64,000 nt of DNA from the human T2T-CHM13v2.0 reference genome, Homo sapiens. The notes under the pieces were generated by a model. It saw only the letters and a list, made by a program, of their open reading frames with translations, ran no database searches and had not been told where the DNA came from. This document shows positions 1-14,493 of this stretch, in pieces. The DNA is taken from the NCBI RefSeq assembly GCF_009914755.1, contig NC_060930.1; one strand, given 5' to 3'. Both the position numbers and the translations under genes were made by a program. Numbering within the stretch: the stretch's first letter is position 1; each line of letters begins with the position of its first letter.

Positions 1-479
1 GGACTATGTCCAGATAAAACTGGAGAGATTTAGTGAAATGGCTGTGAATAGTGATGAGATAGAACTAGGCAATAAAAGAAAAAGCCAGAAAAAGGAATTC
101 ATAGTTACATTTTTAAGTAGACCTAAGTAATATCTTTGGTGTTAATTTTTTTCTTAATAAATGTAGATTCTTAAATTAACCTATCATATATGTGTATATT
201 ACTACTCCAAATTTCCTTAATTTTTTAAAAAAGGAGACATAAGATATCTGTAGTACTCTCATTTTAAATATGCTGCTCTATGAAATTAAATATGTATGTA
301 TGTATAGATAGCATATACATATATACATATGTTTACCTCTGAGGTAAAGATACAAAATATTTTCAGATATCAAGAAGTGTATATTTTGTACCTTTCCAAT
401 CAATTTACCTCCTCCTCTCTCAAGAGTATGTATACTGTTGGATATGGCTTCTATTGTTCAAAATGAAGCCTATCAAGAA

Positions 480-2800
480 TTCATTATTTTTATCACAGTG
501 TAGTATTCCGTTGCATGCTGATCCAATAATTATTTGTTCATTCTCCTGTTAATGGGCATTTAGGTTGTTTCCAGTTTTTGGCTCTTATGAATAATGCTCT
601 TAGGTACTTTTTGTACATGTCTCTTGAAGGATGTATGCATTCATTTTTATTGGATATATACATAAAGGTGTGTTGCCTGGGCTATGCAGTAGGCATATGA
701 TTAACTTTAGTAGGTATAGACAAAACTTTTCCAAAGTGTATTTGTACAAATTTTACTAGTTTACATAATTAGTGGCAATGTCAGAGAATTGCCATTGCTC
801 TAGATTTTGGCCAAAGCTTAGTATTGACGAATTTTTTAAAATTCTAGTCTTTCTGTTGGGTATGTGTTTTGTCTAGATTTTAATTAATTTTCATTTCATG
901 AATGGATAATGATGTTGAGCATCTTTTAATGCTTTTACTGATTATTTGGATATCCTTATTTGTGAGGTAGTTTTTGAAGCCTTTCCTTTTAAGAGTTGGG
1001 TTATTTAACTTTTCTTATTAATTTTTAAGTTTTTAAGTATACTGTAGACATAAACCATTTGTCACTTACATGCTTTGTGAATATATTCTTCCACTGTGTG
1101 CTTGTCTTTTTGCCCTCAATATAGATCTTTTGATGAACAATTCTTAATTTTAATGAAGTCCCTGTATAATTTTTAAATGATTAGAGTCTTTAGTTTTCTG
1201 TTTAACAAATCCTTTAATTCCAAAAGCTTTATTGTTTTCTCTTTTATATTTAAGTCATTAAGTCTTTTAGATTAATAATCTAGAATTTGTTTTTGCGTAT
1301 GGCATGAGATACAGATCAGTACTCATTGTTTGAACATGGATTTACAGTGTCTCCAGCATTTTTGAAAAGATGGTTATTTCTTTGTTAAATGTCAGCAGCA
1401 TCTTTATGACAAATCATATTGGTCTATTTGTCTAAGTACCAATAACACATTGTAATAATTAGCTTTATAGTAATTTATGGTAATTCTTAAAATTTGGTAA
1501 CCTCCTTTAATATTGTTCTTATTTTCAAGAATATCTTGGATAGATTCTATATTTTTCATATAAATTTAAAAATCAACTTCTCAATTTCCTTAGGAAAAAA
1601 TCCTGCCAGAATTTTGTTTGAGGTTACAGTTGGGATTGCACTGAATCTGTAATTCAATCTGGGGAAAACTGATATCTTTATTTAGTTTTCTTATCCATGA
1701 ACATCACATACCTCTAGTTTTTCAAGAATTTATCTCAGTACTATTTGTAGTTTGAAGTGTATAATTTTGGTACATCTTTGTTAAGTTTACTTGTTGGTAT
1801 TAGATGTTTTTAATGTAATATAAACGATATTTAACATTTTTTTCTCAACTAAGAATGTTTTGTTACCACTATAATAATGATTATTTTTTGTGTATTGATT
1901 TGACCACAGAGACATTTCTAAATTCACTTATCAATTTTAATTCTTTGTAGTTTCCTTTGGGGTTTTTAAATGTATAATTATGTCATCTGGGATTAAAGAT
2001 GTTTTCTTCTTCCTTTCTAATATTTCTATCATTTATTTTCTTGTCTTCTTCCACTGACTAGTACTTCCAGTACAACACTGAATGGAATTAGTGATAGTAA
2101 ACATGTTTTTCTCATTCCTAAACTCAGGGGATAAATGTTGAATAGATCACCATTAAATATTCTGTTAGTATAATACTTTTTATAGATATTCTATCAGATT
2201 AAAACAATTTTTATACTCAGTTGGGTAAAATTTTTTTTGCTATAAATAGCACTTAAATTTTTATCAAATACTTTTTGCACCTATTTAAAATATCCTGAGT
2301 TTTTCATTCATTTAGTTAATGTGGCAAATTACATTGATAGATTTCTTAAATGTTAAACTGACCTTCTATTCCTAGAATAAACTCCCATGTTATAATGTAT
2401 TCTAGGTCATAATGTCTTTTTTTAAAAATAATATATATATATATATCACTGAATTCTATTTGCCAACATTTTGCTGAGGATTTTTGCAGTAATGTTTAGG
2501 AGACATGGTAGCCAATAATTCTTTCTTATAGTGCCCTTTTTGTGTTTTGGTGTTTAGAGTTATGCTGGCCTCATAAAACTTATTAGGAATTGTTGTCTTT
2601 CCATATTCTCTGAAATAATTTAATAAGTTTAGCTCTATTTTTTTTTTCTGTTTGGTAGAATTCATCAATAAAGCCATTTAGACTGGATTTTTTTTGTTGT
2701 TTTATTTTGGTAGAATGGTTTATAGCCTTCAAATTCTCTATTTGTTTTTCTATTAGTTTTGACCATTGAAGCAAACTTATCAAATTTATGGGCATAAAGT
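480..2800 (-). mobile_element. Old L1M (L1MC/MD/ME-type) 3' UTR and ORF2 remnant
   Basis: T-rich decayed antisense L1 motifs ('ggttgtttccagtttttggctctt', 'gatgttgagcatctttt', 'ggattgcactgaatctgta', 'ttgccaacattttgctgagga'). The ORF-track fragment TIPNKFYEASITL resembles ORF2p. Confidence 0.8.
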
Positions 2801-3290
2801 TTTAAAAAAAAATAGCCTGAAAAGCTTAGCTGATTTCCTTCCCCTACTAGAGTCTGTCTGCCTATGTAAAGCCTGATTATCTGTTTATGTTAATCTTGGC
2901 AAGTGCCTTCAGGGAAGAAATGGCAGATGAAGGTTTTTCTGTCTGAGATTTTAGTATGTTTGGTCCTTTTTGCTTCATCAGTTCTGGAATGACTATAAGA
3001 ATATGATTTTTAAAATAATTTATCTTTTTAAAAAATTGCTGCAGCAGAAGAAAAAATGACCAGCCTCATCTAATACCTGTATCTTGAAATTGAAGTTCCT
3101 CAGTGTTAATTTAAATAAAACAATACACTCAAGCATATGTTTAAAGGAGAAATTATTAGTCTTTTCATTTTATCTCTTTTATGTGAGAGAAGAAATGATT
3201 GGCACTCATCCCCTGATGATTTGACAAGGAGATTCCATCAGAATTACAGATTTTGTAGTGTAAATTAAATTTAAATTTCACTGTAAATTA

Positions 3291-3912
3291 GTTCAGCCAT
3301 TGTGGAAAGCAGTGGCAATTTCTCAAAGAACTAAAAACAGAATTACCATTTGATCCATCAATCCCATTATTGATTATATACCTAGAGGAATATAAATAGT
3401 TCTACCATAATTTACCATGAAGACACATAAAGACACATAAACACGTATGTTCACTGCAGCACTATTCAAAATAGCAAAGACATGGAATTAACCTAAATAC
3501 CCAACAATGATAGACTGTATTAAAAAAATGTGGTACATATATAACATGGAATACTATGTAGCCATAAAAAAGAGCAAGATTATGTTCTTCGCAGCAACAA
3601 GGATGGAATTGGAGGCATTATCCTTAGCAAACTAATGCAGGAACAGAAAACCAAATACTACATGTTCTTAGTTATAAGTGGAAGCTAAATAATGAGAACA
3701 CATGGACACAAAGAGGAGAATAACAGACACTGGAGCCTTCTTAAAGGTGGAGGATGGGAGGGAAGGAGAGGATCAGAAAAATACCTATCAGGTACTATGT
3801 TTATTAGCTGGGTGATGAAATAATCTGTATACCAAACCCCTGTGACACTAGTTTACCTATATAACTACCCTTCACATGTGCCACTGAATGTAAAATAAAT
3901 AAAAATAAATAA
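3291..3912 (+). mobile_element. 5'-truncated L1 3' end (L1PB / late L1PA type)
   Basis: 'cagccattgtggaaagcagt...caaagaactaaaaacagaattaccatttga', 'gaacagaaaaccaaatac', A-rich tail 'taaaataaataaaaataaat'. Confidence 0.9.
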
Positions 3913-6049
3913 TAACCATTCTGACTTGTGTGGGATGGTATCTCATATTAATACTTGTAAGAACAGTTTGTGATACCTGAAGTATTTGCTTTACTCTGTA
4001 GCTTTAAGGTACAAGAATTAAAAAAAAAACTCTTATAGAAAAAATATTCACCAGCAATTATAAAGTCCTGTAGTTATTGTCTGCTTAGTGGAGTAGGCAG
4101 TGTATCAGTTTCATAATCTGAAGAAGGGCCTGTATTTTTCAAAAGTAAAAGCTATAACTTTATAAACTCTATGAAAAAAAAGTCATGACTGAGATGCTCC
4201 AAATTAACTTCTCCCCTCAAATTAAGGGAAGAAAATAGGAGAGGAGGATTAATAAGAAAGTCAAATATCAGAAATGTAATATTTTGCATCTGTACCATGA
4301 ATACATACTCTGAAATATTGGAGAGGGATTTATTCTTAACTTTTTTTTAGTTCTGTCAATGAATCAGAAGTTTTGGATTTATTGAATAGTGGGTTTGGAT
4401 AAATGCAGCAACTAATTTTAGTGAGTTTCCTTAAATGTTGGGTCTTTCACCAATTGCCACTGTCTCATTTTCTTTAGTCTCTCTAATTTGACTTCATTCC
4501 TTATTGTAAGGAGTTTTCGATATTGTCTATACAGGTCTAAAAAAAAACAAACACTTTTGTCTTCCTGAAGTAAAATGTTTGCCTCCTATATCTATGGAGT
4601 CACAGGAAATTGTTTGTGTTCACAGGTAAGCTTCCATAATACCTCACTTAATTTGCATCAGATTCTTTTAGTGGAGCACATTAACTTTCATTTCTAAAGA
4701 TTCCATTGAACTTACATTCATTCATTCATTCAAGTAGAAATGTTTGTGTAAGTGTTACATGGGCAATCATTGACTAGACTTTCCACTGGCATCAGTTCCA
4801 TTTAATCCAGTATATGTATCTATTAATTAAGATCTCCCTTAAATAGTACTTAGAAGAATGCTACTAGACAAAAAGCTGCAGCAAAAGACTGTTCTGAGGC
4901 AGGATGTTGATTTCCTGCTTTACTGGTCTCTAAGGAAAAGGAGAATCCTACTTGAAATGTTGACCCATTATAAATATGAGGGTCAAAATATGTTTTGTTA
5001 TAATTTGTGATTTTAAATATTGTATGTGTTGGAAGTGGGAAGGGGTGAAGTGGGGAATGAAAGTTATCAAGCTTTGAGTCCCCTTATTTCAGGGAGGATC
5101 ACTCTAACTAGAATAAAATCCTTGAAGACAGGAAGAGTGTTTTAAAAACAACTATATGTCTGAGTGGTTGGGGACAAATAGTAGGAACTTACTATTTTTT
5201 TCAATTATGTATTATAATTTGTCAGTCTGCCAACTTACCCAAAGATAGTTCATATCTGCAGGGGGTGGGGAGAGATAGTTGATATGTTTTGTTTACACTC
5301 TAAAAATTTAGACATTATAAAGAGAGAAAGAATGTTTACAATATGCTCTTTAGACCTTTAAATCTTTTTTGACAACAAAGGGAAAGGCAGCCACCAAAAC
5401 GAATAGCTGTGCTCGGGTGAGCAAGCACACCATGACTATGTATGGCTTCCTTCTGTGCCTTTCCTATGCGTCCTCATTGATAAATCACAAGTGATTCTTG
5501 CTCTATGTTGGTGAAAGGATGGAAAAAAAACCAATGCGTATTTATTTTAAAAAGTCAATGATGAGTTGTTGTTTTTTTTTAAGTTTAGAGGTAACACTTG
5601 AGTTCATTTAAGTTTGACTTCTTTCACCTCTCTCTCTCTTTTTTTTTTTTTTAGAGACCTCTCTACTTTTAATACAAGGTTTTCTGCTGTCATTTTCTTG
5701 GTGTTTGAAGTTGAGGTTTCCTGACCCCTGAGACTGCTCTCCCATCAGCATTAGTCAGACGTGGCTCCCGCGGCTCTGTCATGGCACCCTGGAGTTTCCG
5801 GGACACTTGTTGCACTAGATGTATTTGTTTCCCTTTCGGGTCTCTGGCTGTGCAGAGAGGGGCAGCTCCTGTCAGAGATTTGTGACTGGATTGCCTGGGT
5901 GCTGTCACGTTTCCTGGTTACCCTGTCTAGGGATGCAGATTCAGAAGGAACTGTGCAACACTGGAACTTTTTTGGGGTGAGAAGTTGGTAGACAAACATG
6001 AATCATCAGAGGATTTAATGCATCAGAGACAAAAATAAATAGACAATAA

Positions 6050-6356
<307 letters not shown>

Positions 6357-6446
6357 GACAATAAATAACTCTTTTAGCTTCTCACCTAAGGAGCATTTAC
6401 GTGACTGTATGAATTAGTAATTGGTGAAACATTTCTTGAGCACCCA

Positions 6447-6815
6447 TATATGAGTCCGTACTCATGCTGCTATAAAGAACTGCCTGAGACTGTGGAATTT
6501 ATAAAGGAAAGAGGTTTAATTGACTCACAGTTCCGCAGTGCTGGGGGGCCTCAGGAAACTTACAATCATGGCAGAAGGCAAAGGAGAAGCAGGCACCTTC
6601 TCCACAGGGCAGCAGGACGGAGTGAGTGCAAGCAGAGGAAATGCCAGATGCCTATAAAGCCATCAGATCTCATGAGACTCACTCACTATCACGAGAACAG
6701 CATGGGGGAAACTGTTCCCATGATTCAGTTACCTCCACCTGGTCCCACCCTTGACATATGGGGATTGTTACAGTTCAAGGTGAGATTTGGGTGGGAACAC
6801 AGAGCCAACCATACT
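6447..6815 (-). mobile_element. MaLR solo LTR (THE1/MSTA type)
   Basis: 'gctgctataaagaactgcctgagactg...gaggtttaattgactcacagttcc...cctcaggaaacttacaatcatggcagaagg...gagatttgggtgggaacacagagccaaccat'. Confidence 0.9.
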
Positions 6816-7181
6816 AACCCAACATACACAAGATAAAGCTCTACTGAAAGATATGAAAAGAATAAGATATAAATTCTTTGCTTAAGGAACTTACAATCTT
6901 CTAGTGGAAATAAAAAGTATATGATTGATAGTATTCTGGGGTATAAACTGCCATACAAAGGGTCTATTGGAGTTTAGACAAAAAAATCATCAGGAGCATC
7001 AGTGACGTTTTTTTTCCTCCATTAGATTATTCAGTGGCAGTAACATGGGAGTTAAGTCAGATGGACTTGAAGAAGATAATTTTTTTTTTCACTCATGTAA
7101 CTGAAAAATCCAGTGGTAGAAGAAATGGCTTGCAGGCATAACTTGATAGGGGCTCTGCCTACACTTTCTTGTAATTCTTAA

Positions 7182-7443
<262 letters not shown>

Positions 7444-7482
7444 GGTAATTCTTTTATATTCTTATGAAGAATAAATAATTCA

Positions 7483-7878
7483 GTTATTATAAATTGAATG
7501 TGTGTGTCTCCACTTCCAGGCACACGTTAAAATTCGAACCCTTAAGATAATGGCATTGGGGATGAAACATTTGGGAGGTAAATGAATCATAAGATTGGAG
7601 TGCTCATGAGTAGGGTTATTGCCCTGATAAAGACATTACAGGGAGCTCCCTCACCCCTTCCCCCAAAGTGAGGACACAGTGAGAAGTCACCATCTTTGAA
7701 CAAGGAAGCAGAAAATAAGGTTTAAGTGTCCATTCTTTTTTGGTGCCCCAGGCACCAAATTTGCCAGCATGTTGATCTTGGACCTCCCAACCACAGAACT
7801 GTGAGAAATAAATGTTTATTGTGTAAGCTACCAAGTTGATAAAAAAAAATTTGTAATAGAATCCCAAATGGACAGAAA
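7483..7878 (+). mobile_element. MaLR LTR (MLT1A/MSTC-D type)
   Basis: 'tttgggaggtaaatgaatcat', 'gtgaggacacagtgagaag', 'tgatcttggacctcccaaccacagaactgtgagaaataaatg'. Confidence 0.8.
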
Positions 7879-8885
7879 TGACAATAAGTGAAAACACTTT
7901 ACACACAAAGTAAGTAGTTAGTAAATGATAAAAAGTTTATCATCAATATTATTAGTATTATAGGTATGAATATATTTAGGGTAAAAACTTAATATTTATG
8001 GCTATCTTACTTCCTGTGCCACTGCTCAGTTAACATTTAATAAACTATTAAAATCCATGTGGTAGTGCAGAAGTTTCAAAATTTTTGAAATCATAAAAAA
8101 TTTATATTTAAAAAATACTAAAAACCCTTTATTGATTTACATTGTGTTAATAATATCTACATTAAATGCATCTGCATATATTTATTATGTAGAGGATGAG
8201 TATACATATTTTCAATAACACTCTTAATAATTATGTCATAATTCTTAGGAGTCATCTTGATAATATAATAAGTAAATATTTTGATAGTAAGACTGGAGGT
8301 AAAGGTTATAGGATTTTTATTTAGTTTTTTAAGTGGTTCATGCCATAGTAAAATAAGAGAAACATCTTGAATTTCCTCCTTCTAAGTGGTAATACTTCTG
8401 ATGCTGCTTGGAAATTTGGAAACTTGCTGTATTTAAGAATAATTTGGAGAGATAAGAGAGGGGAACTGGATTCTGAGATACCATCTACAAACAAACCTAG
8501 AAAGAAAGCAAATCATATCATGGTATCACTGAAAGCCTAATTCACTTATATAACATTCCATTTTAAAGTAATTTCCAATTTAAATATTTCCAATTTTAAT
8601 TCAAAATAATTCAAGATCAAATGTATGATCCACCACAGCTTTGTGTTTCCGGACCAGCCATCTCCACATCTCTATTCCGAGATTTCATTTTGTGTAACTC
8701 AGGTTGGGCTAAGTGACTAACTTGTACAGCCTTTAATTCTGTGATTTGACATTCCCAATATGCCATTTAATGTATGACTTTCCCAGGATGTCATGCCATT
8801 GGTAGAGTCTTGTAAATAACTGGCATGGACTCCAGAAATTCTAGCTTCTGAAATTCTTCCATCCTTTTCCTTTCTGTTCACTTTA

Positions 8886-9153
<268 letters not shown>

Positions 9154-9379
9154 CTTTGGACTATTTGCCTAATGCTGATTCTGTTAACTGCTCCTCAGCT
9201 AGTAACTGCAGTCTCGACTGGAGGAGCTGGTTCTAGTGTTGACCTAATGCAGAATCCAGGACAGCACCCAGAATCCAGGACACCAGGTGCATGGAACTGC
9301 AGCATCAATCAGGCTTTGTTCCTTTGATAAGTGATATTAATACTTATTATTGTTATAGTAGCAACAATACTTTCTATTT

Positions 9380-9570
9380 TTAGACTGCTTTATAATTTAT
9401 AAAGTACTTTCCCAAATATCCTTCTAAAGCACTGTGATTACATGAAAAAAATATATTATTTTCTTTATCCTACAGGCTATAAAAACAAAATTTGAGAAGT
9501 AGGTATCCTACTCAATCAAGATAGTATAAGTTAATAAATGGTAGACTTAGGAATCCAACCTGGGTTTTAA
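9380..9570 (-). mobile_element. MIR remnant
   Basis: Decayed antisense MIR core ending 'ggtagacttaggaatccaacctggg'. Confidence 0.5.
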
Positions 9571-9672
9571 TATATATGATGTTCTAAATTTATCACTCTT
9601 AAAGTACTTATGTACATTTGCAAAGAAGCACTACTTGATTTATGTTCCCTCTACCATGACTTAACTGGCTTC

Positions 9673-9699
9673 GTGTGTGTGTGTGTGTGTGTGTGTGTG
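9673..9699. repeat. (GT)n microsatellite
   Basis: About 13 GT units read directly. Confidence 0.95.
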
Positions 9700-11922
9700 T
9701 TAGTGGTGTTGAATTTAGAAAGAAAAAGTACCAATGAGACTTGTCTAGGTCATAAGTTGGAGTTAGTGGAGCTATGTGGGTTTCATTGTATAGATTTTGG
9801 AGTCTCTATCTAAATAATTTTACAGTTTAGGACATAAACCAAATGTTTAAAGCAAACAAAATTAAAGAAGAAAGAGACAGCAATGCCTACTTGCAACATG
9901 TATTTAACACATTTTACTTTCAGGAAAGTAACACCGAACAGAGTACCTTCAGGAACAAAAATAGGGGAAAGCCCTTTTTCCAATCACAATTAATATCTAG
10001 CTGAAACACAAGGTCAAAGGAGGCAACTGCTCCAGGTCTAGAGGGGTGGGGGACTCTATTTGTCTTATCTGTATAGTCTCTTACAACTTACAAACTACTT
10101 TCCATATTTTATTTATGTACTTTTTATAATCTGTCTAGCATATATTATGATATAATCTCCATGTTACAAAGTAGAAACTGAGCCCTACATTTAGTGATTT
10201 TACCAGGGTAATATTTAATGGAACAGATTGATGCAGAGGAAAAGCTCATATTATTCCTTAAATCATCTAAATCCTAAGCCACATTCTCAGTTCTTGACCT
10301 ATGAGATTTTTGAAGTTTAGGTTTCTTCTGTTTACTTTTGGAAATAGGGTTTAAGTGTCCATTCTTTATGTGAAAAAATTTTGGAGGAAGGGTGTGCTTT
10401 CTTCTGCAAACAGTTGGCTACGTCACAAAATTTTAGCCTGAAAATGATCAACTATATGCTATCATTTCTAAGAAACATCTAAAGACAAGTTGATATTATA
10501 AATAAAATTGTTCACTTGTGCCCAGTTAAACAAAATTAAGCTTATATAGGATAGATGGGAGGTAGGAGTGTATAGAATAGACGATGTAATTTAGAAAAAT
10601 ATTAGACATTTCCTTGATGAATTCCCAGAAAACTTTGATTTGCTTCATGTGGCCAGTACGTTTTCTTCATTCATGCTCTTTCAACCACGATGAGTTTTGA
10701 ACTAGATTTGGATTGCAGTTTTTAACCTTGTTGTATTGCTCTTCTCTATTGTCAAATTGTCCTGTTTTTCAAACATTAGAAACCTATGCCCCTGTTTATA
10801 AACCTATAATATATAACACTGTTCTTTAACGTAATTTAAAATTAATTTAGGTCTCCTAATACAAAAAATTCCCAAGCAGACAAATAACTCTGTATGGGGA
10901 TGAAGATTCAGAGACCTGCTCTGATGGACTCTAAAGGCTCCTGACACTTCCCAGGAGTGGGAGTAATGTTAACAGTAAAGAGGGAGAAGGGGTTAACTAC
11001 AAAAATTTTTGCAATAATATAAGAAGGATTTGTTCTGTTTTTATTTTAGGGGGTGAAGAAAAGACTTTCTCAACCTTGGAAAAGTCTGTTTTCTTGACGT
11101 AGGTTTGGAAGATTTTATTGCATGCTCCCATGATTCTAGAGTACCTCAAGACATCAGTATGTTTCCTGATAGTCTTAAGTTGGAACAATATAGGGTTCTT
11201 AATGGCTGTACAAAAGTCATTTGTGCCACAGGAAACAGACATTTGGGAAGATGGGGAAAAGGGATAATTAGGTTTCAGGAAGGAAGAAAAAGGGATTTCA
11301 ATAGTTTGTATTTTAGAAAGGTGTAAAACTACAATGGTGTACAAAGCAGGATTCTGTAAGGAGGAGGATGAACCCAATGTGATAAGGAATTCAGGGCAGC
11401 AGGGAGATTGGTTTACAACATCAGGGGTTGGAGTAGAGGTTCATGAATAGCCTCCCTTTGGCCTCAGTACTCATCTCTCCTGTTGCAGTGAATGAGGAAT
11501 GGATGTCATAATCAACAGTGATTAAGCAAGCTGCCCTTTTCTGTAGGCCCTGAAGCACTACCGCTTGGGCTGGCCCAGGAATCTTTTCTCCTGGACTTTG
11601 TGCATGGGACCATGAGTACCTCCTCCTCAAGTAGCAGAAGTGCTGAAAGCTACTGTTTTCTATCATTATCTGCTACCATCACTCCCCTGTTCAGGGGAAT
11701 GATGCTGTGTTAAACTAAGTTATTATGTAAAAGCCTTATGCTGCTGTGCTGATAATTAGGAATCCCCAACTTTATGTGGCCTAGTGTAACCAAGTAGGCT
11801 TGCTGGCATTTAGTGGTGAGATACATTTGCTTTAGAAAAAGGCACATTTAAGGTGAATTTGGGTGCTGGCTAATATCTTTTGACAGGTAAGTTTCTTATG
11901 TGATACGTTAACTGTGTCTTTG

Positions 11923-12602
11923 TGAGAGGTGAAGCCGGCTGGGCTTCTGGGTCAGGTGGGGACTTGGAGAACTCTTCTGTCTAGCTAAAGGATTGTAAAC
12001 ACACCAATCAGTGCTCTGTGTCTAGATAAAGGTTTGTAAATGCACCAATCAGCACTCTGTAAAAATGGACCAATCAGCACTCTGTAAAATGGACCAATCA
12101 GCACTATGTAAAATGAACCAAATCAGCAGGATGTGGGCGGGGCCAAATAAGGGAATAAAAGCTGGCCACCTGAGCCAGCAGTGTTAACCCGTTTGGGTCC
12201 CCTTCCTCACCGTGGTAGCTTAGTTCTTTTGCTCTTCACTCTTTGCAATAAATCTTGCTGGTGATTACTATTTGGGTCTGCACTACCTTTATGAGCAGTA
12301 ATGCTCACTGCAAAGGTCTGCAGCTTCACTCCTGAAGCCAGCAAGACCACGAACCCACCGGGAGGAGCGAACAACTCCGGACACGCCACCTTTAAGAGCT
12401 GTAACACTCACTGCAAAGGTCTGTGGCTTCACTCCTGAAGTCAGCAAGAAGGAAGAAATTCCAGGCACATCTGAACATCTGAAGGAACAAACTCTGGACA
12501 CACCATCTTTAAGAATTGTAACACTCACTGTGAGTGTCCGCGGCTTTGTTCTTGAAGTCAGCCAGACCAAGCGCCCACCAGAAGGAACCAATTCTGGTCA
12601 CA
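11923..12602 (+). mobile_element. ERV9 solo LTR (LTR12 family), intact
   Basis: TG...CA ends. 4-bp TSD tttg at 11919-11922 and 12603-12606. Repeated 'ccaatcagcactctgtaaaa' U3 units and 'cttcactcctgaag' U5 repeats. Confidence 0.95.
12004..12160 (+). promoter_or_regulatory. LTR12 U3 promoter/enhancer motifs
   Basis: CCAAT at 12004, 12045, 12070 and 12094, GATA (agataa) at 12024, GC box gggcgggg at 12135, TATA-like aataaaa at 12154. Activity is not shown. Confidence 0.65.
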
Positions 12603-13098
12603 TTTGCACTTGATAACCAACTCCAATTTGGGAATTACAGGGACAGTTGAAGTAACTAAAAAGTATAGGTTGGCATAATACCTAATTTCTTTAAAAATGA
12701 TCTACTTAGAGCTACTCATCTCTATATAAAATAGTGTATCAGTTTTTTAGAAAGTTGAAGACAATATAAGCTTAAGCAGGTTATATTTGTTGATGGAGAT
12801 GACAAGTGTATAGATGCCCATATTATAAGGCAGACTAGTAAGTATCGAAAGGAAGATGCAAGCAAAATGTCATGGAAATGATTAGAAAAGCAATAAATCA
12901 GGAAAAACTTCAGGCAGGTGATATTATTTCAGACGAGCATTGAGAAGCAGTGATCTGAGAAGGAACTTACCATTATAAGTTGATAATAATAATTTTAAAA
13001 AACTTGGGTGTAGGAAATGGCAGAGTGGCCTAGAAGAGAAGAAAATAGTTTACTTATTCTAGAGTTGGAAATATCAGCTTTGTGTATATGTATTTACC

Positions 13099-13290
13099 AA
13101 ATGAAGTTTGAGGCTTAATCTCTTTACATGTCTTTTATCTTTGTTTGCTTCCATGCTTAAAGACTTAGGCCTTAGGCAAGCTTAGGCCTGCCTTTAACTT
13201 GGGTAGAATGGTAAGAGGAGAACAAAAGAATCAGTGCAAATCCATCTGCACTCTGGGAAAAATAATTCGAAATACACGGGCCACTTATGA
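13099..13290 (+). repeat. Copy 1 of a ~190-bp local direct duplication (copy 2 at 14494-14681)
   Basis: Both copies share 'aatctctttacatgtcttttatctttg', 'ttccatgcttaaagact' and 'tgcactctgggaaaaataattc' in the same order. Confidence 0.85.
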
Positions 13291-13345
13291 TATATATTAT
13301 ATTACATTATTATGTATGTTACATGTTTAAAAGTAAATACTTCCA

Positions 13346-13653
13346 GGCTGAGCGTGGTGGCTCACGCCTGTAATCACAGCACTTTGGGAGGCTGAGGCAG
13401 GTGGATCACAAGGTGAGGAGTACAAGACCAGCCTGGCCAAGATGGTGAAACCTCGTCTCTACTAAAAATACAAAAATTAGCCGGGCTGGGTGGCAGGTGC
13501 CTGTAATCCCAGCTACTCAGGAGGCTGAGGCAGGAGAATCACTTGAACCCAGGCGGCAGAGGTTGGAGTGAGCCAAGATTGTGCCAGTGCACACTCTAGC
13601 CTGGGCGATAGGGTGAGACTCGGTCTTAAAACAAGCAAACAAACAAACAAAAC
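13346..13653 (+). mobile_element. AluSg-like element with (CAAA)n tail
   Basis: Full Alu dimer with 'ggatcacaagg' and 'ggccaagatgg'. Confidence 0.95.
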
Positions 13654-14493
13654 TAAGGACTTCTGAACACTGCCTACAAAGTAATAATGTGGAATGTTGG
13701 GAGATGAAACAATTTGTCTCTGTCTTTCTAACTCTTCAGGTTTGGAATTCACTTGAGCATAAGGTACATATGAGAGAATATTAGGAGTTAAGATTGGAAT
13801 TTATGTAGGTGGGACAAATATTGTGGAATTTGAGTGTTTTCAATAAAGCAGTAATAATCACTAAAAATTGTTTATCTTGGTTGTAATATACTTGCACATT
13901 AGGATATGCAAAGATCAATAGGAGAGAATCAATAGACTCTGAAGACTTACAGTCTCCCAAGGGAAATAAACATATAAATAATGATAATTAAAGACAGTGT
14001 GATATATGGGAATATCAGAGAGAAATCCTTACTCTCGTTCCAGTGTGAATAAACTATTTTCTTGCTTTCATTTATTTGACCCTGCCTAGCCCTTTGGTAA
14101 CTGAATGATAACATAATGGAAGTATTTTGATAGCTGAGGAACACAGTAAAAATTTTCCAGAATGGATTTGAAACTAAGAGAAACTGTAGAACTGAGACCA
14201 TTGAAGAGGTTATTGCAAAAGTCTAGGGAAGATTCTCAAATTATTTTTCAAGTAGCCATCAATGAAAAATTCCAACAAAGATCTAGGAAAAAGTGATTTT
14301 TGCAGTGTCAATGGGATGGTATCAAAGTGGTGCTACTGATGATTTAATTGAATTTTTGGTGAAGAGCTGAAGTATACAATCTGAGCTTTAATGACCTAGA
14401 ATGAATTCCTCCTGAACATACATATAAAAAGGAAAAAGTGTGGTGTCTGGGCATCTGAATTCAACAGACTGATTGCATAGTAACAACCTAGAG

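Noticed and set aside
9250-9285. Short tandem duplications here and near 3412, 15998, 16850 and 60686
   Set aside because: Ordinary slippage-type micro-duplications, individually uninformative.
10997-11377. 126-aa ORF on the - strand
   Set aside because: No recognisable domain or splice context, and consistent with a chance ORF.
12001-12530. Regularly spaced repeats resembling a CRISPR-like array
   Set aside because: These are the normal U3/U5 tandem units of LTR12, with no unique spacers and a eukaryotic context.
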